From an uncultured Candidatus Entotheonella sp. (GTDB taxonomy: Bacteria; Tectomicrobia; Entotheonellia; Entotheonellales; Entotheonellaceae), in contig CBDCDA010000001.1 of the NCBI GenBank assembly GCA_965215335.1, positions 1,312,001-1,376,000 on the forward strand: a stretch of DNA of 64,000 nt. The letters run 5' to 3'. The stretch's first letter is position 1. Each line of letters starts with the position of its first letter. This document shows, piece by piece, positions 1 to 9,021 of the stretch. Below the pieces are notes generated by a model. That model was not told the origin of the DNA. It was given only the letters and a program-made list of their open reading frames with translations, and ran no database searches. The position numbers and the translations under genes are program-made.

Positions 1-774
1 GCTGGCGCACCCCAGGCCGCTCAGGGCGCCGCCAAGAATCTCGACCATGAGGCTCAGGGCGTAGCCCTTGTGGGCCACGACGCCGCCCATGGGCAGCATG
101 GCCCCCGGTGGGTCGCCCTTGAAATCCTTCGGATCGGTGGTGGGGTTGCCCTGCGAATCGATGATCCAGCCCTCGGGCACCCGGTCGCCCTTGTTCAGCG
201 CCACGCGGATTTTGCCCTCGGCCACCACCGACGTCGTCATGTCCACGAGCAGCGGCTCGGCATCGCGCCGCGGGGCGGCGAAGGCGATCGGGTTGGTGCT
301 CAGCCTGCCGTCGATGCCGCCAAACGGGGCGGCCTGATGGCCCATGTGTCCGGCGTTGACGAATATCTGTCCGATCATCCCCTCACGCGCCACCATGAGT
401 GGGTACGCGCCGACCCGGCCGATGTGGCTGGTGTTGCGCAGCGACACCGCCCCGACACCGTGTTGCCGGGCCTTGTCGATGGCCAGCCGCGTGGCAAAGG
501 TGGCGCCCACCTGCCCCATGGCGCCGCCAGCGTCGACCACCGCCAGGCACGGTTTGTCGCGCGTCACCTCGGGCACCGCCTGCGGCTGAAAGCGGCCCTC
601 GCGGATCGCCTGGGCGTACTCGTAAAACCGAATGGCGCCGTGCGAGTCGTGGCCGAACAGGTTGGACTCGACCAGGTGGTCGACGACCGCCTCGGCATCC
701 TCGGGCCGGCATCCGAGAGCGACGAATAGGGTGTAGCCGAGTGTCCTCAGATCGGCCGGGTTAAAGCGTGGCAT
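1..774 (-). CDS. Ldh_2-family (malate/L-lactate/ureidoglycolate-type) oxidoreductase; 3' part runs off the window
   Basis: Manual translation from ATG at 774: MPRFNPADLRTLGYTLF...HLVESNLFGHDSHG. The GHDSHG motif is typical of Ldh_2; purine-rich RBS upstream. Not in the ORF track because there is no stop inside the window. Confidence 0.85.
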   Translation of the reverse strand, partial: MPRFNPADLRTLGYTLFVALGCRPEDAEAVVDHLVESNLFGHDSHGAIRFYEYAQAIREGRFQPQAVPEVTRDKPCLAVVDAGGAMGQVGATFATRLAIDKARQHGVGAVSLRNTSHIGRVGAYPLMVAREGMIGQIFVNAGHMGHQAAPFGGIDGRLSTNPIAFAAPRRDAEPLLVDMTTSVVAEGKIRVALNKGDRVPEGWIIDSQGNPTTDPKDFKGDPPGAMLPMGGVVAHKGYALSLMVEILGGALSGLGCAS

Positions 775-804
775 GTCCGTCCTTTCTCTCCGTAGCGTGT
801 TGGT

Positions 805-833
805 TTGCCAATCGAATGTGACCAGTATAGCAT
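805..833 (+). promoter_or_regulatory. Putative sigma70 promoter of mutY
   Basis: TTGCCA-N17-TAGCAT about 50 nt upstream of the ATG at 883. Confidence 0.45.
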
Positions 834-882
834 CACGCCGATCATAAACCCGCTCGCCGGGAACACTCAGGAATGGAGCGCC

Positions 883-1965
883 ATGACGGATTGGGTGACA
901 CGGTTGCTCGACTGGTTCGAGCGGCACCAGCGTCGCCTGCCGTGGCGGGCCGACAGCCGGCCTTACCACGTCTGGCTCAGCGAGGTGATGCTGCAGCAAA
1001 CCCGGGTGGATACCGTCATCCCCTATTTCGAGCGCTTCGTCCGGGCGTTTCCGGACGTACCGACCTTGGCGACGGCGGACCAGCAGGCGGTGCTCAAGCT
1101 GTGGGAAGGACTGGGTTACTACTCACGTGCCCGCAACCTGCACAAGACGGCCCGGCTGCTCGTGGCGCAGCACGGCGGCAAGCTGCCCGAAGACGTCGAG
1201 GCACTGCGCCGCCTGCCCGGTTTCGGCTCCTATACGACGGCGGCCGTCGGCAGCATCGCGTTCGGTCATCCGATGGCGGTGGTCGACGGCAACGTTCTGC
1301 GGGTATTCTGCCGTTTCTGGGGCATCGAGACGGACATCCGCCAGCCGCGGTTGCGCACCGAACTGCAGGACCGTTTGGCGCCCTTCATCGCCGCGGCGCC
1401 GGCGGCGGCGTTCAATCAGGCAATCATGGAAATCGGCGCGCTGGTTTGCCGCCCGCGGGCGCCGCGCTGCGAAGCCTGCCCCCTGCAGGCGGACTGCATT
1501 GCCTTTCAGACCGAACGCACCGCCGAGCTGCCGATGAAGAGTGCTCGCAAGCCGGTGCCACATTACCAGATCGTGGCCGGGATTGTCTGGAGGAACGGAA
1601 AATTCCTGCTGGCGCGGCGCCGGCAGGACCAGATGCTCGGCGGCCTGTGGGTATTTCCGGGCGGCAGGTCAAAACCGGGTGAAGCCCCCGCCGCTACGCT
1701 GCGCCGTGAGATCCGGCAGGAAACCGGCCTGCGCGTCCGGGTCGGCTTCCCGTATTGCCGGGTCAAGCACGGCTACACCCACTTCAGAATCACCCTGATC
1801 GCCTATCGCTGCGAATGGTGCAGCGGCAAGGCCAAGGCGCTGGCAAGCGACGAAGTGTGCTGGGTGGGTCTGCAAGACGTCGACGCCTACCCGCTCCCCA
1901 AGGCCAACCACAAGGTGCTGCAGGCCGTACGCGATCATGAACGCATGCAGGGGAACGCCGGCTGA
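883..1965 (+). CDS. mutY: A/G-specific adenine glycosylase with C-terminal NUDIX-like domain
   Basis: WLSEVMLQQT, GLGYYSRARNL, HhH LPGFGSYT, VVDGNV, CxxxxxxCxxCxxxxxC Fe-S motif. Confidence 0.95.
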   Translation: MTDWVTRLLDWFERHQRRLPWRADSRPYHVWLSEVMLQQTRVDTVIPYFERFVRAFPDVPTLATADQQAVLKLWEGLGYYSRARNLHKTARLLVAQHGGKLPEDVEALRRLPGFGSYTTAAVGSIAFGHPMAVVDGNVLRVFCRFWGIETDIRQPRLRTELQDRLAPFIAAAPAAAFNQAIMEIGALVCRPRAPRCEACPLQADCIAFQTERTAELPMKSARKPVPHYQIVAGIVWRNGKFLLARRRQDQMLGGLWVFPGGRSKPGEAPAATLRREIRQETGLRVRVGFPYCRVKHGYTHFRITLIAYRCEWCSGKAKALASDEVCWVGLQDVDAYPLPKANHKVLQAVRDHERMQGNAG

Positions 1966-2006
1966 GAAGAAGGGGGGGCTCAGTTGTGCGAGTCCCCCCA
2001 AGCGAC

Positions 2007-3377
2007 TCAGAGCGCGAATTCTTGGGGTTTTTCGAGCAGGCGTTGCAGCTCTTGCAGGAAATTGGCCGCCGGCGCGCCGTCCACGGCACGATGATCGAAC
2101 ACCAGGCAGAGGTAAACGGAGGGGCGAATCGCCAAGGCGTCCCCGACGACCACGGGGCGGCGTTGCACCATGCCCACCCCCAGAATGGCGACCTGCGGCG
2201 GGTTGATGATGGGCGTGAAGAGATCGATGCCGGTGGTGCCCAAATTGGTAATGGTAAAAGTGCCGTTGCTGACCTCGTCGGGCGACAGGCGCATCGGCAC
2301 GGCGCGGGCCTTCTCGGCCAACTCGCGGCTTTCGCGGGCGATCTGGCCGAGGTCCTTGCGGTCGGCGTCGGCAATCACCGGCACGATGAGACCCTCGTCG
2401 AGGTTGACGGCGACACCGACGTTGACGTTCTCGTGCAGGTGCACGTCCTGGTCCACGAGGGTGGCGTTCAGCCGGGGGTGGCGGCTCAGGGCGGCGGTGA
2501 CCGCCTTGGTAATCAGGTCGTTCAGCGAAATGCGAACGCCGTACTGCTGTTCCCACTGCGCCAGCATGGCTTGGCGGAAGGTCACCGTGGCGTTCATGTC
2601 GACGAGCATCACCTCGGTGACGCGCGGGATGGTGTTCCAGCTCTGGAACATGCGCTCGGCAACCCGCCCGCGCATGCCGCGCAGCGGTATGATGCCACCG
2701 GCAGCCAGCGGCGCGACGGCTGGAGCAGGCGCCGCCTTTGCCGCTTCGGCGGCCTTCTGCACGTCGTCACGGGTAATTCTGCCGCCCGGGCCGGTACCGG
2801 TCACACTGGCCGGGTCGATACCCATCTCGTCGCACAGCTTGCGCGCCACCGGGGAAATCCTGACACGCTCGGCGGCGGCTGACGCCGGGGTGGCCTGCGC
2901 AGCTTTTTCAACGTCCTCACGGGTGATGCGCCCGCCCGGGCCGGTGCCGGTCACCGCGGCCGGGTCGATGCCCAACTGGTCGCACAACTTGCGAGCGATC
3001 GGGGATATTTTCACCCGCTCGCCAGTCACCGCGGCCCGAGGCGGCGGCGAAGCCACCGCGGGCACCGAGGTAGGCGCCGCCGGAGCGGCCGATTGATCAC
3101 CGAGCAACTGCTGAATATCGGCCTTATTGAGTTGCTCGTCAGCCGAACCCAGCAATACCAGCGGCGTGCCGATCGGGCGTTCCTCCTCAGCGGCAACGGC
3201 GATCTTCAACACCACGCCGTCGGCAGGCGATTCGACCTCGGTGATCACCTTGTCGGTCTCGATCACCACCAGCGGTTCGCCCTTGGCGACGGCATCGCCT
3301 TCCTGCTTCAGCCACTCGATAATCTTGCCTTTTTCCATCGTATGCCCAAGGCTGGGCATACCGAACGTGATGGCCAT
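2007..3377 (-). CDS. Dihydrolipoamide acyltransferase (E2) with one lipoyl domain and two peripheral subunit-binding domains
   Basis: ETDKV lipoyl-Lys; two ISP(I/V)ARKL...GTGPGGRITR repeats; catalytic DHRAVDGA. Confidence 0.93.
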   Translation of the reverse strand: MAITFGMPSLGHTMEKGKIIEWLKQEGDAVAKGEPLVVIETDKVITEVESPADGVVLKIAVAAEEERPIGTPLVLLGSADEQLNKADIQQLLGDQSAAPAAPTSVPAVASPPPRAAVTGERVKISPIARKLCDQLGIDPAAVTGTGPGGRITREDVEKAAQATPASAAAERVRISPVARKLCDEMGIDPASVTGTGPGGRITRDDVQKAAEAAKAAPAPAVAPLAAGGIIPLRGMRGRVAERMFQSWNTIPRVTEVMLVDMNATVTFRQAMLAQWEQQYGVRISLNDLITKAVTAALSRHPRLNATLVDQDVHLHENVNVGVAVNLDEGLIVPVIADADRKDLGQIARESRELAEKARAVPMRLSPDEVSNGTFTITNLGTTGIDLFTPIINPPQVAILGVGMVQRRPVVVGDALAIRPSVYLCLVFDHRAVDGAPAANFLQELQRLLEKPQEFAL

Positions 3378-3379
3378 CA

Positions 3380-3412
3380 CCCCTCTCCCCAGTCCCTCCC
3401 AGCGGGAGGGGA
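3380..3412. repeat. Short palindromic REP-like repeat (CCCCTC...CCCTCCC-nnn-GGGAGGG)
   Basis: cccctctccccagtccctcccagcgggagggga; related copy at 61482-61513. Confidence 0.55.
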
Positions 3413-3421
3413 TTTCATGCT

Positions 3422-4393
3422 CTAGCCGACGAGTTCGCGGGCCGCGGCGACCAGATGCTCGGTCTTGGGCACCACCAGCTTTTCCAGTTCCGGGCTGAAC
3501 GGCATGGGCACCTCCGCCGCCGCCAGGCGCTTCACCGGCGCGTCCAGCGCGTCAAAACACTCCTCGGCGATCAGCGAGGCGATCTCGGCGCTGGTGCCGC
3601 CGCGCTTCACCTCCTCGTCGGTCACGATCACCCGGTTGGTCTTTTCAACCGAAGCAAACACCGTCGCCTTGTCGAACGGCACCAGCGTGCGGGTATCCAC
3701 CACCTCCGCCTCGATGCCTTCCGGCGACAGGATGCCGGCCGCTTCCAGCGCCTTCGGCACCATGGGGCCGGTGGCCACGATGGTCACGTCGCCTCCTTCC
3801 CGCTTCACGTCCGCCTGCCCGAACGGTACCGCGTAGTCCTCGTCCGGCACCTCGCCTTCGTTGGTGTACAGCCGCTTGTACTCCATGAACAGCACCGGGT
3901 CCTTGCCGCGCAGGGCGGTCTTCAGCAGGCCCTTGGCGTCGTACGGCGTCGACGGCACCACCACCTGCAGGCCGGGCACGTGCAGGAACCACGCCTCCAG
4001 ACACTGCGAATGCTGGGCCGCCAGCAAGCGCGCCGAGCCCGACGGCAGGCGCAGCACCACGGGCACGTCGGTCTGTCCGCCGAACATGTAGCGCACCTTG
4101 GCCATCTGATTCACCACCTCGTCCATGGCGCAGGTGGCAAAATCGACGTACATGACTTCCGCCACCGGCCGCATGCCACACAGCGCCGCGCCGAGGGCGG
4201 TGCCGACAATGCCGGCCTCGGAAATCGGCGTCTGGCGAATGCGACCGGGAAATTTCTCGTCAATGCCCCGCGTCACGGCGTACGGCCCGCCGTGGGCAAT
4301 CACATCCTCACCCAGCACGATAATACTGTCGTCCCGCGCCATCTCTTCGTGGAGTGCCTCGCGCAGCGCGTCGCGCATGTTCTTTTTCGGCAT
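3422..4393 (-). CDS. Acetoin/pyruvate dehydrogenase E1 beta subunit
   Basis: GEDV, TPISEAGIVG, HSQ, DAKGLL motifs; operon with E1 alpha and E2. Confidence 0.93.
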   Translation of the reverse strand: MPKKNMRDALREALHEEMARDDSIIVLGEDVIAHGGPYAVTRGIDEKFPGRIRQTPISEAGIVGTALGAALCGMRPVAEVMYVDFATCAMDEVVNQMAKVRYMFGGQTDVPVVLRLPSGSARLLAAQHSQCLEAWFLHVPGLQVVVPSTPYDAKGLLKTALRGKDPVLFMEYKRLYTNEGEVPDEDYAVPFGQADVKREGGDVTIVATGPMVPKALEAAGILSPEGIEAEVVDTRTLVPFDKATVFASVEKTNRVIVTDEEVKRGGTSAEIASLIAEECFDALDAPVKRLAAAEVPMPFSPELEKLVVPKTEHLVAAARELVG

Positions 4394-4436
4394 CAGCTTG
4401 CTCCCCTCCCAGGTCCCGACCGCAGGCCGGATGTCG

Positions 4437-5444
4437 TCAACCGATATCGTAGGAATAGACGTCTTTGTACAGTTCGTCCGGCGTCGGATACGGGCTGCTC
4501 TCAGCGAAGCGCACCGCCGCGGTGATTTCTTCTTGCACCGTGCTCTGGATGTCGGCGTCCTGCTCCTCGCTGAGGATATCAGCGTCTCGCAGGTGCGCCG
4601 CCAGATGCTTGATGGGGTCGCGATGATCGGACCACGCGGCGATTTCCTCGCGCGTGCGGTACTGCTGCGGGTCGCCGAAGTTGTGGCCGTGAAAGCGATA
4701 AGTCTTGCATTCCAGCAAGGTCGGCCCCGCGCCGTGGCGCGCGCGCTCGACCGCTTCGCCGGCCGCCTCGTAGACCGCCAAGGGGTCCATGCCGTCCACC
4801 TGCACGCCCGGGATGCCGTAGGCCGGCGACATGTTGGCGATGTCGGTCACCAGCGTCACGTCCTTCTGCGGCGTCCACTGCGCGAACTGGTTGTTCTCGC
4901 ACACGTACACCACCGGCAGTTTCCACACGGCGCCGATGTTGATGTTCTCGTGAAACGGGCCGCGATTGGCCGCCCCGTCGCCGAAAAAGCATACCGCCAC
5001 CTGTCCGCTGCCACGCAACTGGGCCGCCAGACCGGCGCCGGTGGCGAGCCCGAATCCTCCGGCCACGATGCCGTTGGCCCCCAGCATGCCGACCTTGAAA
5101 TCGGCGATGTGCATGGAGCCGCCCTTACCCTTGCAGTAACCGGTGGAACGGCCAAAGAGCTCGGCCATCATGCGATTGATGTCGGCGCCTTTGGCAATGC
5201 AGTGGCCGTGGCCGCGGTGGGTGCTGGTGATGTAATCCGTGTCCTGCAGATGCGAACAGATGGGCACCGCCACGCCTTCTTCACCGATGTAGGTATGCAA
5301 GGCTCCCATCACCTTACCCTGGCTGGACTGGTACTCCGCTTGTTCCTCGAACAGGCGTATGCGCCACATGCGCGCATACATGTCGAGAAGCTTTTCCGCC
5401 GAGGGAGCTTCAACTGGCATCAGCAAATCCTCCGTTTGGTACAT
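4437..5444 (-). CDS. Acetoin/pyruvate dehydrogenase E1 alpha subunit (TPP-dependent)
   Basis: STHRGHGH, KGKGGSMH, TPP motif GDGA...ENN, YRFHGH. Confidence 0.93.
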   Translation of the reverse strand: MYQTEDLLMPVEAPSAEKLLDMYARMWRIRLFEEQAEYQSSQGKVMGALHTYIGEEGVAVPICSHLQDTDYITSTHRGHGHCIAKGADINRMMAELFGRSTGYCKGKGGSMHIADFKVGMLGANGIVAGGFGLATGAGLAAQLRGSGQVAVCFFGDGAANRGPFHENINIGAVWKLPVVYVCENNQFAQWTPQKDVTLVTDIANMSPAYGIPGVQVDGMDPLAVYEAAGEAVERARHGAGPTLLECKTYRFHGHNFGDPQQYRTREEIAAWSDHRDPIKHLAAHLRDADILSEEQDADIQSTVQEEITAAVRFAESSPYPTPDELYKDVYSYDIG

Positions 5445-5584
5445 GGCAAACGGGCAGAGCCGGCTCCGCCCGGGCTAATCGCAAGCAAGGCGCCATCCTA
5501 GACGCGATTGGGGGTCGAGTCAATGGCGAGATCCCGCGCCTCTGAACCCACTTGTGGGGTGATCCACGAGCCGCCAAATGGCGC

Positions 5585-5612
5585 TTGACACAACGTCGCG
5601 GGATGCTATGCT
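5585..5612 (+). promoter_or_regulatory. Near-consensus sigma70 promoter with extended -10
   Basis: TTGACA (5585-5590), 16-nt spacer ending in TGc, TATGCT (5607-5612). Confidence 0.7.
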
Positions 5613-5640
5613 TGCCGCACGCTAGAAAGGAGGTGATCCA

Positions 5641-5676
5641 ATGCAACATACGATCAGCGAGGTGGCTGAGGCTTGA
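5641..5676 (+). CDS. Putative 11-aa micro-peptide MQHTISEVAEA
   Basis: ATG 7 nt after GGAGG of a maximal Shine-Dalgarno; TGA at 5674-5676. Confidence 0.4.
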   Translation: MQHTISEVAEA

Positions 5677-5743
5677 GGCACACCGGCTTGGGCGCTCAGG
5701 CGTCGGCACGTGCGTGCCTCGGCTAGTCCAAGCAGCCCACCGC

Positions 5744-5777
5744 AGCCCCGGAGGCATCTCGCCCCCGGGGCTTTTTT
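5744..5777 (+). terminator. Rho-independent terminator
   Basis: AGCCCCGG...CCGGGGCT stem followed by a T6 run. Confidence 0.8.
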
Positions 5778-5899
5778 GTGCCCAAATATCGGGCCCTGAC
5801 CGAGGCCGACGACTCTCACAGGGACGGGACGCATCTGAGTGGCCTCCGGCGCACCGCTCGGCGCGAAGATCACGATGCGCACATCACTGAATTCTTCTA

Positions 5900-6742
5900 G
5901 GCTCAGGACCTATAAAAGGGCATCATTGGTCATGCAGGATTCAAGACCCTGACTTCATAAGGAGGTTCATCATGCCCGATCACTGCTTCTGGCTATCCGA
6001 CGTGCAGTTTGCCCGCCTGAAACCCCTGCTACCCAACAAGGTGCGGGGCGTCCCACGCGTCGATGACCGAAAAGTCATCAGCGGCATCATCCACGTCATT
6101 CGATACGGTCTGATGTGGCGCCACGCGCCCGCCTGCCACGGTCCCCTCAAGACGCTCTACAACCGCTTCGTGCGCTGGAGCAAGGCCGGTGTCTTCGACC
6201 GCATCTTCCAAACCCTGGCCGCCGACAGCACGGCCACCGAGACCGTCATGATCGACAGCACGCATCTCAAGGCGCATCGCACCGCTGCCAGCCTGCTTGA
6301 GGGGGGGCTTTTCCGCGTCATATCGGGCGTACCCGAGGCGGCCTCAACTCGAAACTTCACGCCGTCTGCGACGGCGACGGCAAGCCCGTCGTCATGGTGT
6401 TGACTGCGGGCCAGGTCAGCGACTATCGCGGGGCAGACATGGCGCCGCCCGCATTGCCGGAGGCCGACGTGCTGATTGCCGACAAGGGTTATGACAGCAA
6501 CCGGCTGCGCAAGGCGCTTGCCGAGCGCAAGATCAAGCCCTGTATTCCAGGCCGTGCCAATCGTAAAGAGCCGATTGTCTACGACACGGAGCTTTACAAG
6601 AGCCGTAATCTCATCGAGCGCCTGTTCGGTCGTCTCAAGGATTGGCGCCGTATCGCCACACGCCATGATCGCTGTGCGCACACTTTCTACAGCGCCATCT
6701 GTATTGCTGCCACGGTTATCTTGTGGATATGAGTCCTGAGCC
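5900..6742 (+). mobile_element. IS5-family (IS427-group-like) insertion sequence, copy 1 (843 bp)
   Basis: Ends GGCTCAGGACC / GAGTCCTGAGCC, TA on both flanks; near-identical copies at 40904 and 52730. Confidence 0.92.
5972..6732 (+). CDS. IS5-family transposase in two overlapping ORFs joined by a probable -1 frameshift at the G7 run (6301-6307)
   Basis: orfA ...MIDSTHLKAHR; -1 frame continues GAFPRHIGRTRGGLNSKLH...ADKGYD...RNLIERLFGRLKDWRRIATR. Confidence 0.88.
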
Positions 6743-6760
6743 TAATCCCGGGACCATACA
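6743..6760 (+). mobile_element. Orphan right end of an IS481-family element
   Basis: TAATCCCGGGACCATACA, identical to the end of the IS481 copies (39479-39496; reverse complement from 62692). Confidence 0.75.
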
Positions 6761-6810
6761 ATTAGGGTGTTTTGGTGCGCCGCGGGCGGACGGGAAGGTT
6801 GAGGTGCGCA

Positions 6811-7599
6811 TTGCTGGCTGATCTCCTACGCGGATGCCGTTTCCCGTTCCAGGGCCTCGCCTTTCTGGCACGCCATCGCTCTCTGTGGGCATGGGCCACG
6901 CTGCCCGCTGCGGTCAACATCGGCATTTTCGCCGCCGCTCTGACCGTCTTCCTGTATTTCTTCGGCACCCTCTACAGCCTCACCACCGGATGGATGTATC
7001 CGGCCGCACCCGACTTCTGGCTTGCCTGGGTGTGGGTGGTGCCCCTGCGCGTGCTGGCCTGGTCCATCGGGGTCATGCTGCTGCTGGCCGCGCTGCTGAT
7101 CCTGTACGGGGCCTTTCTGGCCCTCGGTCTGGTGATCGCCGCGCCCTTTCTGGCCCTGCTGTCGCAACGCGTCGAGGCGTTGGTGACGGGGAAACAGGGA
7201 CAGGACGCCACTAGTTGGAAAGCCGTCTTGGCCACCCTTTTTGAGTCCGTGGTGGACGAATTTCGCAAGGTCGCGTTCTTCGTCGGCGTGCAACTCCTGT
7301 TGTGGGTCGTGGGACTTCTGCTGCCCTTCCTGGCGCCGATTACGGTCGCCGTCGCGACACTCTTCACCCTGGTGTTTCTGCCGCTCGAATACGCCGGCTT
7401 CGCCATGGACAGCCGGTGCCTGCGTTTCGCCCAGCGCCGCGCCTTGGTCTGGCAACACCGCTGGCTCATGCTCGGCTTCGGGGCGTCGGCGTCCCTCGCG
7501 CTGCTGCTGCCGCTGCTGAACTTCGTCTGCATGCCCGCCCTGGTCGTCGGCGGCACCCTGATGATGTTGCACCTCGAAGCCACCGCCGATGCCGCGTAA
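6811..7599 (+). CDS. EI24/CysZ-like membrane protein
   Basis: Multiple TM segments, IAAPF..LLSQRVE motif, LEY..F.M.....F..RR; start uncertain (TTG 6811 or GTG 6772). Confidence 0.75.
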   Translation: MLADLLRGCRFPFQGLAFLARHRSLWAWATLPAAVNIGIFAAALTVFLYFFGTLYSLTTGWMYPAAPDFWLAWVWVVPLRVLAWSIGVMLLLAALLILYGAFLALGLVIAAPFLALLSQRVEALVTGKQGQDATSWKAVLATLFESVVDEFRKVAFFVGVQLLLWVVGLLLPFLAPITVAVATLFTLVFLPLEYAGFAMDSRCLRFAQRRALVWQHRWLMLGFGASASLALLLPLLNFVCMPALVVGGTLMMLHLEATADAA

Positions 7600-7637
7600 C
7601 GGGGTTCTTCTGCTGCGGCGGGATTCTTCTGCTGCGG
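7600..7637. repeat. Tandem 19-bp direct repeat immediately upstream of an extended -10 (TGaTATAAT 7643-7651)
   Basis: cggggttcttctgctgcgg / cgggattcttctgctgcgg, 1 mismatch. Confidence 0.75.
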
Positions 7638-7716
7638 CTCTGTGATATAATCAAACGCTTTTCCACCCATCCTGCACAACGACGAGCCTAGGGGCTCGCC
7701 ACTGCTCAGGTGCCGT

Positions 7717-9021
7717 ATGTCTCGCCTGTTTTTCCTTGCCGTCGCGCTGCTCGGCTTGGCCCTGTTCCTGGGCTCTCCGACCCCGGCAGCCGATTCCCAC
7801 GTCGATGTTCACGTCGTCGAGGGCATCATCAATCCTGTCGTCGTCGAATACGTGATCCAAAGCATCGAGCAGGCCGAGGCCGGCAACGCCGGCGCGGTCG
7901 TTTTTCAGCTCGACACACCCGGCGGCCTGGTGGAATCGACTCGCCTGATTGTCAAGGCGATTCTGAACGCCGGCGTGCCGGTAGTGGTGTACGTATCGCC
8001 GAGCGGTGCCCGGGCGGCTTCGGCCGGCACCTTCATCACCATCGCCGGACACGTCGCGGCCATGGCGCCGGGTACCAATATCGGCGCCGCGCATCCCGTT
8101 TCCGGGGAAGGTTCCGACATCGAGGGCGACATGCGCACCAAGGCGGAAAACGACCTTGCCGCCTTCGCCCGCTCCATCGCCAACCAGCGGCACAAAAACG
8201 CCGATTGGGCCGAGGAGGCGGTGCGCGAGAGTGTGTCGATTACCGAAACGCGCGCCCTGGAAATCAACGTCATCGACATCGTTGCCGAAGACGTGGCAGA
8301 CCTGCTGGTCCAGCTTGACGGCCACGAGGTGGAGGTGGCGGGCGAGCCGGTCTCCCTGCGCACGGCGGACGCCATCATGGTATCGAAGCAGATGAGCTGG
8401 CGCCAGCGTGTGCTGGCGGTGATCTCCCACCCGCAGTTCGCCCTGATGCTGTTGAGCCTGGGGTCGCTGGGCCTGATGATCGAGCTGTACAACCCGGGGC
8501 TGATCTTTCCCGGCGTCATCGGCGCCATTTCCCTGCTACTGGCTTTCTATTCGCTGCAGACACTGCCGGTGAATTACGCCGGGCTGCTGCTCATCGGGCT
8601 GGGCATGGTCATGTTCATTCTGGAAGCCAGCATCGCCAGCTTCGGCATGCTGACGCTGGGGGGCGTGGTGTCCATGTTCCTGGGCGCGCTCATGCTGATC
8701 GACTCTCCCGAGGAATACCTGCGTATCCCGCTGAGCACGATTGTTGTGGTGGTCGGCACCACGGCGGCCCTGTTTACGTTTATCATTGGCGCTGCGGTGC
8801 GCGGCTTTCGCAACCGGCCGGTCACCGGCTCGGAGGGCATGATTGGCGAGACCGGCACGGTGTTCGACCGCCTCAATCCGAACGGTACCGTGCAGTTGCG
8901 TGGCTCTCTGTGGAGCGCCAGAAGCGCCTCGGACATCAAGGTTGGCGAAGCGGTGCGCATTGTGGGGGTTGACGGCCTGAAATTGACCGTTGAGAAGGCT
9001 ACGGAGGAGAAAATTTCATGA
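7717..9021 (+). CDS. nfeD: NfeD-family membrane-bound serine protease (ClpP-class), long form
   Basis: Signal peptide, LDTPGG, AASAG, TM domain, C-terminal OB fold ([14 protein letters not shown]); paired with an SPFH gene. Confidence 0.92.
   Translation: MSRLFFLAVALLGLALFLGSPTPAADSHVDVHVVEGIINPVVVEYVIQSIEQAEAGNAGAVVFQLDTPGGLVESTRLIVKAILNAGVPVVVYVSPSGARAASAGTFITIAGHVAAMAPGTNIGAAHPVSGEGSDIEGDMRTKAENDLAAFARSIANQRHKNADWAEEAVRESVSITETRALEINVIDIVAEDVADLLVQLDGHEVEVAGEPVSLRTADAIMVSKQMSWRQRVLAVISHPQFALMLLSLGSLGLMIELYNPGLIFPGVIGAISLLLAFYSLQTLPVNYAGLLLIGLGMVMFILEASIASFGMLTLGGVVSMFLGALMLIDSPEEYLRIPLSTIVVVVGTTAALFTFIIGAAVRGFRNRPVTGSEGMIGETGTVFDRLNPNGTVQLRGSLWSARSASDIKVGEAVRIVGVDGLKLTVEKATEEKIS

Larger units (their letters stand above)
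5619..5777 (+). ncRNA. Candidate stand-alone small RNA / micro-peptide mRNA with 18-nt complement to the 16S rRNA 3' end
   Basis: Promoter upstream; TAGAAAGGAGGTGATCCA at 5623-5640; nested stems (GCTTGG/CCAAGC, GGCACG/CGTGCC, GGTGGCTG/CAGCCCACC); intrinsic terminator. 5' end is approximate. Confidence 0.55.

Noticed and set aside
5623..5640. 16S rRNA gene fragment on the minus strand
   Set aside because: The match is only 18 nt and diverges at once (…GATCCA ATG rather than continuing as rRNA). It is better explained as an extended SD in a plus-strand transcript.
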